Positions 50,795 through 59,404 of a stretch of 64,000 nt of DNA are shown piece after piece; position 1 is the stretch's first letter; every line of letters begins with the position of its first letter. This stretch comes from Candidatus Woesebacteria bacterium (GTDB taxonomy: Bacteria; Patescibacteriota; Microgenomatia; UBA8517), in the NCBI GenBank assembly GCA_013374835.1, contig CP055307.1, positions 813,304 through 877,303 of the forward strand. The letters are read 5' to 3'. Below the pieces are notes generated by a model that ran no database searches, was not told the DNA's origin, and worked only from the letters and a program-made list of their open reading frames with translations. Made by a program: the position numbers and the translations under genes.

Positions 50795-51505
50795 TTAATT
50801 AAAACGTTTCCCAAAATTTTCTAAAAGGATTATATAATCGAGCAAATTCACTATGCCATCGCTATTAATATCCGCTCTGACATCGGGTGAGGGGCTAATC
50901 AAGACTCCTGAAACCACAGTCACCGAAGCGTTTTGAGGCGAGATGATAAGATTTCTTTGGCTTGGATCGGTATTAAGGCTTACTACCTGCATAGAATTTG
51001 TGACGAAAGAGAGACTGCTTGAATTAATGGAAGCAATGCCTCTAAGTGTAAAACTTGCCACTTCAAAATTTCCCGATGGAGCGCTTGAGAATTTATCGGA
51101 AGGGACAACAAAGACGGCGTAAAACTTGCCACTTGAGTTAGCTTCTGCCGGAGTACTAACCAGGCTTTCTCCACTGGTTTTTTGAGGAATTACAAAATTC
51201 TCCGAAGGAGTTATACTAACTAAATTGAGTGCGTTTTTATCAAATTCGACATCAACACGCACAAAAAATATTTTTTCGTTTTGAACTGAGGAATTAAGCA
51301 TTATTTTGTATTGCTGGTTTTGATTTTGAGAAAGCACAGATGTTTGTGGAGTGATGCTTAGAGTTGCTGTTGCAGCTGCTTCTGACTGTCTTGTTTCTTT
51401 TGATTTTTGTACTGAAACTAAGGCTACAACCAGTGACACGATAAAAAAGAAGATAAGAAGCACACCCAGAAGATAATGCGGCTTAATCTTTTTAAAATTT
51501 GCCAT
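50795..51505 (-). CDS. Cohesin-like domain plus single dockerin-type repeat
   Basis: TM, V.V.V.FD...L.L, G...VA.FT..; ADINSDGIVNLLDY. Confidence 0.75.
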   Translation of the reverse strand: MANFKKIKPHYLLGVLLIFFFIVSLVVALVSVQKSKETRQSEAAATATLSITPQTSVLSQNQNQQYKIMLNSSVQNEKIFFVRVDVEFDKNALNLVSITPSENFVIPQKTSGESLVSTPAEANSSGKFYAVFVVPSDKFSSAPSGNFEVASFTLRGIASINSSSLSFVTNSMQVVSLNTDPSQRNLIISPQNASVTVVSGVLISPSPDVRADINSDGIVNLLDYIILLENFGKRFN

Positions 51506-51661
51506 ATAGAACTAGATTAATCATATACCAAAATAATTTTGGGAAGCAAAAAAGCCAATTTAGGGAATGATTTTTAAAGCATAATTTGCTAAAATTGGCT
51601 TTAGGTGATGACTCTATGAAAAACATCTTTGTTGCTTTGATGAAAGGAGGCGAAATTATAA

Positions 51662-51853
51662 ATGGTCGTCGTCAAGAAGAAAAAAGGAGAATCAGACGAA
51701 AAATTAATTGCGAGGTTTCGAAAAAAAGTAATTTCTTCCGGGATTATCCCAGAATTTAGGGACCGGGAAAGATACAAAAAAAAATCTGAAGAGCGTGCCG
51801 AGAGAAAAAAAAGAGTCAGATTTCAGATTGAGCTTGAGAAAAGAAAGAACTGA
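51662..51853 (+). CDS. rpsU: 30S ribosomal protein S21
   Basis: V....GES.E....RF.KK....GI..E.R.R..Y.K.SE; AGGAGG SD. Confidence 0.88.
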   Translation: MVVVKKKKGESDEKLIARFRKKVISSGIIPEFRDRERYKKKSEERAERKKRVRFQIELEKRKN

Positions 51854-52478
51854 TAAACTGCTTTCTATGTTCTTTTGATGCGCCAAAGCGAATGATTGCT
51901 TCTTTATGGGATTTGGTACCGTATCCTTTGTTTTTATCCCATTCATAAATTTTTAGTGTTTTTTGTTTTGAAAGAAATGTCATTGTTGCGTCCCTTTCCA
52001 CTTTGGCAATTATTGATGCGGCAGCGATTGAGATTGATTTTTGATCTCCCTTGATAATGGGAGTTTGATTTTTTTTGCCTATTCCATTGATATAAGGAAC
52101 GTAAAAGGCATCAAGAAGTAAATGGATAATGGTTGATGACTGATGATTAATAGCGCGGCGGAAAGCTTTTTGGGTTGCTTTTACAATGCCTTTTTGGTTT
52201 ATTGTCTTAACGTCGGACTCTCCTATTGCCCACAAAAGAGCATTTTGCTTTATCCAGAGGCTTGCTTCTTCCCTTTTTCGCGGGGAAAGAAGCTTTGAAT
52301 CATTAATTTCCACTTCGAGCTTTGTTTTAGGCTTAAATACTACAAATCCTGCCATTACGGGACCTGCGAGAGCACCTCTACCTACCTCATCCGCCCCCCC
52401 AACTAAGAGCCCTTTTTCCCAAAATTTTGATTCGTAGCTAAAGTCGGGCAGACTTTTTCCTTTTCTTTTCCCATTCAT
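51816..52478 (-). CDS. rnhB: Ribonuclease HII
   Basis: G.DEVGRG.LAGP, DSK.L, KGD..S.SIAAASI.AK..RD, NKGY.T. Confidence 0.96.
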   Translation of the reverse strand: MNGKRKGKSLPDFSYESKFWEKGLLVGGADEVGRGALAGPVMAGFVVFKPKTKLEVEINDSKLLSPRKREEASLWIKQNALLWAIGESDVKTINQKGIVKATQKAFRRAINHQSSTIIHLLLDAFYVPYINGIGKKNQTPIIKGDQKSISIAAASIIAKVERDATMTFLSKQKTLKIYEWDKNKGYGTKSHKEAIIRFGASKEHRKQFISSFFSQAQSEI

Positions 52479-52875
52479 CCTTGTAATTTTGAGGATAATA
52501 CTCAAAAATTGCGTTAGCAAGAGTTTCTATTATGCTTTTTACTTGAGCATCTTTCAAACTAGCTAAAGCTAAAGCTGCCATTATCTTTGGGTTTGTCAAA
52601 ACCATGTGTCTTGCTAAATCTTCGTGTGTTACTCCATTAATCTTCATTCGCAAACAGGCCGTTTGAAGCGTCACTGGGTTATCAGGCGCAAGATTAGTCC
52701 AATAATCTGCCTGATCCGCTGAGCTTACGTCTAAATTAAAAGCAATAGGAATAAAATGAGTATATATTTTTTTATACTCATCGCTGTTTATATCGATTGG
52801 ATTTATTTTTCTTTTTTTTTCTACCCGCCTAACAGCAGTACTTGCTCGATGCAGCCTCTCTGTTTTACTAGACAT
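52438..52875 (-). CDS. Hypothetical protein
   Basis: ORF with TATAAT 10 nt upstream of ATG. Confidence 0.5.
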   Translation of the reverse strand: MSSKTERLHRASTAVRRVEKKRKINPIDINSDEYKKIYTHFIPIAFNLDVSSADQADYWTNLAPDNPVTLQTACLRMKINGVTHEDLARHMVLTNPKIMAALALASLKDAQVKSIIETLANAIFEYYPQNYKDEWEKKRKKSARL

Positions 52876-52953
52876 ATTTTGATATATTATACCTTATTTG
52901 TTCTACCCTCTTTTTGTTGTGATTTTTACTTAAATGTTATAAAATAGCTAACT

Positions 52954-53139
52954 GTGAAAGCAGTGATTGGCTATTTAAAGGAAGTTAAGGGTGAGCTTGA
53001 CAGAGTTGATTGGCCAAAAAAGGATGAGGTTGTTAGGCTTACTGCCATAGTTTTTCTGGTTTCAGCTATTGTAGGCGCATATCTTGGTGGACTTGATATA
53101 GCCTTTACAAAATTGATTGAGCTAATAATTGCAAAATAA
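52954..53139 (+). CDS. secE: Preprotein translocase SecE
   Basis: EV..EL.RV.WP, single TM, upstream of nusG. Confidence 0.95.
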   Translation: MKAVIGYLKEVKGELDRVDWPKKDEVVRLTAIVFLVSAIVGAYLGGLDIAFTKLIELIIAK

Positions 53140-53144
53140 GATAT

Positions 53145-53768
53145 ATGGATACAGATCAGAATAAAAAAGAAGAAAGCGTTTACGAAAAAGGCACGGGAAA
53201 GAAAAAAATTCCCGGACATATTGTAGTTAGCAAAACTTCGGATGAAAATGCCAAGTGGTATGTTGTGCACACTGCAAGCGGACATGAAGTAAGAGTTGCC
53301 GAAACTTTAAGGCAGAGAGTTGAATCTATGAATTTAAAAGAGCGGATTTTTGAACTTCTTGTGCCTACTCAGGATAGGGTGATAGTAAGGGGAGGCAAAA
53401 AGGCAAATATAAAGGAAAAAATTTTCCCGGGGTATTTACTTGTAAAAATGATATTGGATGATAATAGCTGGCTTGCTGTAAGGACAACTCCGGGGATAAC
53501 GGGATTTGTGGGAATTGGAAATCAGCCCACACCCCTTTCCGAAAGCGAGGTTTCAAATATCCAAAAGTTTATTTCCTCTCCCGCTCCGAGATTCAAAACG
53601 AGGCTTTCTGTGGGTGAAGCTGTCAAAATTACGGACGGGCCTTTTAGTGATTTTCTCGGGACAATAAACGAAGTTGATGAGGAAAAAGGAAAGGTAAAAG
53701 TGCTTATTTCTATTTTTGGAAGAGAGACCCCCGTTGAACTTGACTTTCTTCAGGTAACGAAGGTCTGA
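53145..53768 (+). CDS. nusG: Transcription factor NusG
   Basis: [34 protein letters not shown]. Confidence 0.98.
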   Translation: MDTDQNKKEESVYEKGTGKKKIPGHIVVSKTSDENAKWYVVHTASGHEVRVAETLRQRVESMNLKERIFELLVPTQDRVIVRGGKKANIKEKIFPGYLLVKMILDDNSWLAVRTTPGITGFVGIGNQPTPLSESEVSNIQKFISSPAPRFKTRLSVGEAVKITDGPFSDFLGTINEVDEEKGKVKVLISIFGRETPVELDFLQVTKV

Positions 53769-53780
53769 ACTGTTAAAAAA

Positions 53781-54920
53781 TTATTTTTTAGTTAGAATTA
53801 ATACGTAGCTTCTTCTATCAAAAGTGTTTTTAATATTAATTCCAGGATGTAATATTTTATCAATTTCTGAATAATCCAATTTTTTGATCTCGAATCCTAG
53901 AAGTTTTGATATTTGTTCAATCGCTTCAGGATTGGAATTTTCTGGTGTTACTGTTTCTAGAATAATCAATCTACCCCCTGTTTTAAGAAGTATATAAGCT
54001 TTTTCTAGAATTGCCTCAGGATCAATTGTGTCTTTGTCTGTTAATCCGCGTTTTATAATATATCTTTGACCTGTTGAGCCAAAAACGTCCTTTGCCAGTA
54101 AAAGATCAACTGAGCCTGGTGATATTGTAGAATCATCAATATTCCTAAAATCAGCAGTTATTGGTATTTCGTTTTCATGGTAAGTTAATCTTGAAAGATC
54201 TTCTGCTCTTTCCGGATTTCTTTCTATAAGATACATGGTATCTCTATTCACATCGATAAATTCTGGATTCAAAAAAATAAGCGAATTATTTGTACCAGCG
54301 CCGATATCAACCGCTATTCTTCTTTGCCCGGACTCATCTTCTTTGCTTTTATCAACATCTGCTCTTTTTTTGAAAACAAATGCTATGTTATCTTCTCCCG
54401 TAGCCGCTTCTAAGCCTTCATCAAATATTTTGTTGACTTCGTAACCTTTATACTTTTCTTCAAGTTCAAAACCTGCAGCTATGTAACTTTTTTCAATTTC
54501 ATCGGCCAGTTTGTTTGAATCTTGATTGATGGGAATTGCTGTTTCAAGCACAACGACTTTGCCTCCCTGAGATGCAACCCGATAACTTTCAGATGCAATA
54601 GAACTAATATTAATATCAAAAAATTGTCCGCTAAAACTGCCATCAGGCCTTAGAGTGTTTAGTTCTCTTGAACTAAACAAGTCTTTTGAAAAAATTAGTT
54701 TTGTAGATTCATCACGTAAAGGCATTCTAGATCCGTCGGCTATAACTGGTATTAAGTTGGTATCTTTATAGTGTTTTGATAAACCTTCTAGCCAGATCGG
54801 GTCTTTTTCAAGAAGAACTGCTCTATCTGTTTTCCAATTGAATAAATCTAGCCGCAGGCTCTCGATATTTGACGTAACTCTGGGACCAATTTCTACAGCG
54901 AGAGTATCGGGGCTATCCAT
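53781..54920 (-). CDS. Protein with two tandem class I SAM-methyltransferase-like domains
   Basis: AVEIGP/AVDIGAG, KDLFS/KDVFG, GGKVVVLET/GGRLIILET. Confidence 0.7.
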   Translation of the reverse strand: MDSPDTLAVEIGPRVTSNIESLRLDLFNWKTDRAVLLEKDPIWLEGLSKHYKDTNLIPVIADGSRMPLRDESTKLIFSKDLFSSRELNTLRPDGSFSGQFFDINISSIASESYRVASQGGKVVVLETAIPINQDSNKLADEIEKSYIAAGFELEEKYKGYEVNKIFDEGLEAATGEDNIAFVFKKRADVDKSKEDESGQRRIAVDIGAGTNNSLIFLNPEFIDVNRDTMYLIERNPERAEDLSRLTYHENEIPITADFRNIDDSTISPGSVDLLLAKDVFGSTGQRYIIKRGLTDKDTIDPEAILEKAYILLKTGGRLIILETVTPENSNPEAIEQISKLLGFEIKKLDYSEIDKILHPGINIKNTFDRRSYVLILTKK

Positions 54921-54955
54921 TGTTAAATTATAATAAAATTCTTATATTACAAAAA

Positions 54956-55216
54956 TTAGGAGTTATCGATATTGGTATTTTCGTCATCAAATGATAGGTA
55001 ATATGCTTCAATTTGTGCTTCTATGTGTCTCATTCCCCTGCTTTGTACTCTTTCCTTGCCACAAGACATCGCTAGATCAGGTCTTTCAGAATCTTCCAAA
55101 CTACGAAGCTTTAGACCACAATCTTGTGGAAGATGTTTTTTTGATCTATCAGTTTCAATTTCTGCCGCAATTTGGCTTAACTCACTAGCAAGGGATCTAT
55201 ATGGTCTATCTATCAT
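54956..55216 (-). CDS. Hypothetical protein
   Basis: ORF with TATAAT 9 nt upstream. Confidence 0.45.
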   Translation of the reverse strand: MIDRPYRSLASELSQIAAEIETDRSKKHLPQDCGLKLRSLEDSERPDLAMSCGKERVQSRGMRHIEAQIEAYYLSFDDENTNIDNS

Positions 55217-55249
55217 AAGAACGAGATTATAGTAGCATGTTTACTTAAA

Positions 55250-55492
55250 TTATCCAATAAATATTTCCGGTGGAGTGAAGCCATTTAGATACTCAAGCCT
55301 CCTTTTGATATCCAAACGAAGCTCGTCAATTTCTTCACAGCCTCGCGCATAGTTATCCAAAACAGATAGTATATAGGCAAGTTGGTCTTCGGGATAGTCC
55401 TGTATCAACTTCCTTAGATTACATCCACGACCTTCTGCTTGTTTGCACTCACCTTTTGCAACACAAGCATGAATACATCCTCGTTCGAGCAT
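55250..55492 (-). CDS. Hypothetical Cys-rich protein
   Basis: Five Cys; TATAAT 6 nt upstream. Confidence 0.5.
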   Translation of the reverse strand: MLERGCIHACVAKGECKQAEGRGCNLRKLIQDYPEDQLAYILSVLDNYARGCEEIDELRLDIKRRLEYLNGFTPPEIFIG

Positions 55493-55570
55493 AGCTCTAT
55501 TATATATCTTATAATACTAATCTTTACTTTTGACAAATAAATAGTAGAATATGAATACCTCTGGTTAAAT

Positions 55571-56005
55571 ATGGCCACAAAGAAAGTTTTAACTACAGTT
55601 AAGGTAAATCTAAAAGCTGGTGAAGCAACACCCGCTGCTCCACTAGGGCCTATTTTGGGACAACACGGCGTAGCCATTATGGACTTTGTCAAGGCTTATA
55701 ATGACAAAACAGCAGAAAAAAAGGGCCAGGTTATCCCGGCTGTTATTACTATTTATGAGGATAGAAGTTTTGATTTCGAGCTTAGGCTTGCTCCTGTTTC
55801 CGAGATGATTAAAAAGACATTAAAAATTGAAAAGGGGTCCGGGGCAACGCCAAGGGATATTGTAGGTACCTTAAGTGATTCGCAAGTTAATGAAATAGCA
55901 AGGGAAAAAATGGCGGATCTGAATACTGATAATATTGAAGCAGCGAAGCGAATTGTCGCCGGAACTGCACGGAGCATGGGGGTAAAAATCAATGGGAAAA
56001 ACTAA
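55571..56005 (+). CDS. rplK: 50S ribosomal protein L11
   Basis: AG.ATPA.PLGP.LGQ.GV, YEDRSF, GTARSMG. Confidence 0.98.
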   Translation: MATKKVLTTVKVNLKAGEATPAAPLGPILGQHGVAIMDFVKAYNDKTAEKKGQVIPAVITIYEDRSFDFELRLAPVSEMIKKTLKIEKGSGATPRDIVGTLSDSQVNEIAREKMADLNTDNIEAAKRIVAGTARSMGVKINGKN

Positions 56006-56702
56006 AACAGCAATAGTCGGAGAAACAGGAAAAGATTCAGATCTTAAAAATGCAGAACCTGTCCTTGAAAAACCAGAGGCAGAAGAAACCCAAAAATCTT
56101 ACAAAAGAGCCAAAAAGGAGCGAGGAAAAAGATATAAGGAAATGAAATCCAAAATAGATAAAAACAAGCTTTATTCAATTAAAGACGCTTTAAAGCTTAT
56201 TAAGGAAACACACCTTGCAAAGTTTGACGGTACAGTAGAGCTTCATATAAAAACAAAAAAAGAGGATATCCAGATCAATCTTGAATTACCGCATTCCACA
56301 GGAAAAGAAAAACGCATTGAATTAGCAAATGAATCAACAATAAAAAAACTTGAATCGGGAAAAATAGATTTTGATATACTTCTAGCAACGGCCGAATTTA
56401 TGCCTAAATTGGTGCCTTTTGCAAAAATTTTGGGTCCACGTGGACTTATGCCAAATCCCAAAAATAAAACCCTAATAAAAACCGAAAAAGAAGCAGAATC
56501 TTTTTCCGCAAAAAGCGTGACAATAAAGACGGAAAAGAAGCAGCCTGTTATCCACACCACAGTCGGCAAGCTTTCAATGGACCCAACTAAAATTGCTGAA
56601 AATATAAAGGCAATATTTGACGCTATCGGCGTTAAAAACATAGATCGCGCGCATGTTTGCGCCAGCATGTCTCCTTCTGTGAAGATTGATCTGAATAGTT
56701 GA
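55992..56702 (+). CDS. rplA: 50S ribosomal protein L1 (internally shortened)
   Basis: KFD.TVE, LPH.TGK, DFD...AT, LGPRGLMPNPK, H..VGK. Confidence 0.93.
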   Translation: MGKTKTAIVGETGKDSDLKNAEPVLEKPEAEETQKSYKRAKKERGKRYKEMKSKIDKNKLYSIKDALKLIKETHLAKFDGTVELHIKTKKEDIQINLELPHSTGKEKRIELANESTIKKLESGKIDFDILLATAEFMPKLVPFAKILGPRGLMPNPKNKTLIKTEKEAESFSAKSVTIKTEKKQPVIHTTVGKLSMDPTKIAENIKAIFDAIGVKNIDRAHVCASMSPSVKIDLNS

Positions 56703-56707
56703 GAAAT

Positions 56708-57241
56708 TCAACTGCTTCTTGCTCTTATTAGTTTCCTGATTAGCTGTCTGCAAAATAGCTCGGGAACATTAATACCCTTATCATTAAAATCTTTGGAAAG
56801 CAATTCTGCGGCTCTCATGTGAGATTCTCTTTGACTATTATCTAAAAAAACTACTTCCCCGCTCAATGATTCCCTTTCGCTACCCCGCTCATCAATGAAA
56901 TTTTTATGCCTGTCTCTAAGTATAGCCTCGTACTCTATGATTGCGGATATTGTTTCTTTAGAATAAAAATCGCTTTGGATATCAAAAACGAGTCGAAGTT
57001 TCTGAGAAAAAAAATCATCTAAAGTGGCCCTTGCTCTTTTGCTATTTAAAAATTGAGTTCTTTTCTGGTCTTTATCTAAATTCGGTTGAGGATTTCTGTC
57101 ATAATAAGTAAGTATGTCTTCTTTAAAGTATTCGCTTTCTTCAAATTTTTGCATAAACAAAACAGGGTCATTTGTAGTCTCTGGACCTCTTTCTTTTCCT
57201 TTATCAATTTCTAATTCTGTAGCATCGTCATTCATTTTCAA
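56708..57241 (-). CDS. Hypothetical protein (paralog of 57228-57635)
   Basis: Shared DP.LF..K, DF....LRL, H..AA..L blocks. Confidence 0.6.
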   Translation of the reverse strand: MKMNDDATELEIDKGKERGPETTNDPVLFMQKFEESEYFKEDILTYYDRNPQPNLDKDQKRTQFLNSKRARATLDDFFSQKLRLVFDIQSDFYSKETISAIIEYEAILRDRHKNFIDERGSERESLSGEVVFLDNSQRESHMRAAELLSKDFNDKGINVPELFCRQLIRKLIRARSS

Positions 57242-57635
57242 ATCTTCTATTATTATATAAAATGCTCACCATCCCGCGTGCAAAATGTATATTAGGAGCA
57301 ATCTTAGCATCAACGAGCGCTCTTGCTGCTTTATTGTGGAGGCCCTTTTTGATGAAATTCATAAGATCCTTTTCTTGATCAATGGTGCCTTTTTTAGCAA
57401 AATCATCTGAGAACTCTGAATATGATCGAAATTTGTCCTTAAAATCATCAGGATATTTATTTTTATTATATAAAAGTCTTAAAACTGAGGCATTAAAATC
57501 TGTTACAAAAATCTCACTTGCCAAGCCAGACTCTGCATATTTATATTCTGGATTAGAAACAGCTTTATTTACAAATAACAATGGGTCATCTGTTTGCGAA
57601 ATATTACTTTTTATTTCACCGTTCTCTTTATTCAT
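57228..57635 (-). CDS. Hypothetical protein (paralog of 56708-57241)
   Basis: As above; translationally coupled overlaps. Confidence 0.6.
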   Translation of the reverse strand: MNKENGEIKSNISQTDDPLLFVNKAVSNPEYKYAESGLASEIFVTDFNASVLRLLYNKNKYPDDFKDKFRSYSEFSDDFAKKGTIDQEKDLMNFIKKGLHNKAARALVDAKIAPNIHFARGMVSILYNNRRFENE

Positions 57636-58186
57636 GATCGCTTAGCTGTTATTATTTTAGATGTTACAAGCCCGAGAAAGATTTCTTTATTGAAAGGTGC
57701 CGGTAATACAAGTTGTTGCATTTCAATATTTGCAATTGTGGAAAGCCCTTCAAAAACAACATAAGGAATGTTTCTATCGGAAAAATAACTGTTGGGTTTT
57801 AGTATAAATCTTTGTTCTGGAAGTCCTTTTTTGTTCCCCGTGACCTGACTATGAAGTAAGAACTCTCCGCTACGAATTCTGGTTTGGAGAATCTTAAGAA
57901 CCTCAAAAAAATCACAGTGTTCCCTGATTCCATGTTCACAGTAAGCAGGTTCTCCTTTCTTTGCCTTGCGACATCTCAAAATTGCATAGTCAAGAAATTT
58001 TTTTCCAAAAGAATAATAGACATCCTCTACTCTTATGCAACAGCCGTCGATTTCTCCATTGCGATAATCTTCTAATAACGTAAGACTATTTTCCAATGTT
58101 AGTAAAGGATATCTGCTATCTATAATCTCAGTTAGTGTTGCAGGGATAGATTCGCGCTTACCTACCGAATTTTCAATCTGAGTCAT
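57632..58186 (-). CDS. Hypothetical protein
   Basis: ATGA overlap with next gene; Cys/His cluster C...C.H...HC. Confidence 0.55.
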   Translation of the reverse strand: MTQIENSVGKRESIPATLTEIIDSRYPLLTLENSLTLLEDYRNGEIDGCCIRVEDVYYSFGKKFLDYAILRCRKAKKGEPAYCEHGIREHCDFFEVLKILQTRIRSGEFLLHSQVTGNKKGLPEQRFILKPNSYFSDRNIPYVVFEGLSTIANIEMQQLVLPAPFNKEIFLGLVTSKIITAKRS

Positions 58187-58242
58187 TTTTTCCTATAGTA
58201 GCTTAAATTTATAAATTGGTCAACTAAAAATAAACTTGTCTT

Positions 58243-58347
58243 TTGACTTTTTCGGGTTAGAAGTTTTATAATAAATTTATCCGAAGACAGGGTGCAGATA
58301 AATAAGTCACCCCGAGGAGCAAACTCGCGCTTCGGGCGCGTTTTTTT
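58243..58347 (+). promoter_or_regulatory. rplJ promoter, L10 leader and attenuator
   Basis: TTGACT-18-TATAAT (58243-58272); CCGAAGAC-AG-GGTG...CACC-CCGAGG leader (58281-58317); hairpin CGCGC-TTCGG-GCGCG plus T7 (58326-58347) before ATG 58354. Confidence 0.8.
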
Positions 58348-58353
58348 ATTGAT

Positions 58354-58884
58354 ATGAAATCAGATACTAAAATTAAACCTGAAAAAAAGAAAAGGGTAGA
58401 AGAGCTTTCTGCTATCATGAAATCTGCTAAAGGCTTCGCATTGATAGACTACAGCTCTCTTGATGTAAAGTCTCAGCAGGAGCTCAAAAAAAGGCTCAAG
58501 AAAGCTGGGGCAAATATGCTTGTAGCTAAAAATACGCTCCTTAAAATTGCCGCAATAAATGCCGGATTTAAGGAAATCTCAGATAATGAAAATGCTTTAA
58601 CCAACCAAACTGCCTTGGTTTTTTCAAATAGCGATCCTGTTTCCCCTATTCAAATCGTAGGAAGATTTCAAACTGAAACCGAAATCACAGATTTTAAAGC
58701 TGGCATTATTGAGGGTATTTTTCAAGATAAAGAAAGCTTAATAAGAATATCAAAACTTCCGAGTAGAGATGAACTTTTGGCAAGAGTTGTCGGAGCAGTG
58801 TCTTCACCTTTGTATGGAATAACAGGAATTTTAAATGCAAACATGCAAAAGCTTGTTTGGATTTTAACCGAGGCAAGGGGGTGA
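58354..58884 (+). CDS. rplJ: 50S ribosomal protein L10
   Basis: DY..L.V, V.KNTL, KAG..EG, LPSR.EL. Confidence 0.95.
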   Translation: MKSDTKIKPEKKKRVEELSAIMKSAKGFALIDYSSLDVKSQQELKKRLKKAGANMLVAKNTLLKIAAINAGFKEISDNENALTNQTALVFSNSDPVSPIQIVGRFQTETEITDFKAGIIEGIFQDKESLIRISKLPSRDELLARVVGAVSSPLYGITGILNANMQKLVWILTEARG

Positions 58885-58889
58885 AAATT

Positions 58890-59315
58890 ATGGCAGCAGA
58901 AGATAAAGAGAATAAAAAAGTAAGCGAGAAGGTTGGAAAAATTGTCGATGAAATTAGCAAGCTTTCCGTGCTTGAGCTATCCGATCTTGTAAATGAATTG
59001 CAGGATAAACTCGGAGTTTCACCTGTTGCTATGACTGCTCCAGCTGTAACCTCTACGACAAACACAGGAGAGCCTGCCAGTGAATCGTCTTCTGACGAAG
59101 GCGGCAACAAAACCGTTGTTCTTACTAACGCAGGTGCAAACAAAATAGCTGTCATAAAGGCTATACGCGAGATCAATCAGAATCTTGGTCTTAAGGAAGC
59201 AAAAGATATGACAGAAGCGGTTCCAGCTGAGATATTGAAAGATGTTAAGGCAGAAGAGGCAAAAGAAGCAGCCGAAAAATTAAAAGCAGCTGGAGCAACA
59301 GTTGAATTGAAATAA
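58890..59315 (+). CDS. rplL: 50S ribosomal protein L7/L12
   Basis: LSVLEL..LV, KIAVIK..R, LGLKEAK, AAGA.VELK. Confidence 0.97.
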   Translation: MAAEDKENKKVSEKVGKIVDEISKLSVLELSDLVNELQDKLGVSPVAMTAPAVTSTTNTGEPASESSSDEGGNKTVVLTNAGANKIAVIKAIREINQNLGLKEAKDMTEAVPAEILKDVKAEEAKEAAEKLKAAGATVELK

Positions 59316-59325
59316 AATAATTAAG

Positions 59326-59360
59326 ACAAAAAACCCCGCGACTATGTCGGGGTTTTTTGT
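59326..59360. terminator. Bidirectional intrinsic terminator
   Basis: ACAAAAAACCCCG...CGGGGTTTTTTGT inverted repeat between convergent genes. Confidence 0.85.
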
Positions 59361-59404
59361 TGGAAAAAGATCTATTTAAATAATAAGGGATTCAGTTGCT
59401 AGGT

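Noticed and set aside
51551-51602. Imperfect inverted repeat AAAGCCAATTTAG...CTAAAATTGGCTTT upstream of rpsU
   Set aside because: Single AT-rich occurrence with long loop; cannot be distinguished from chance or assigned a function
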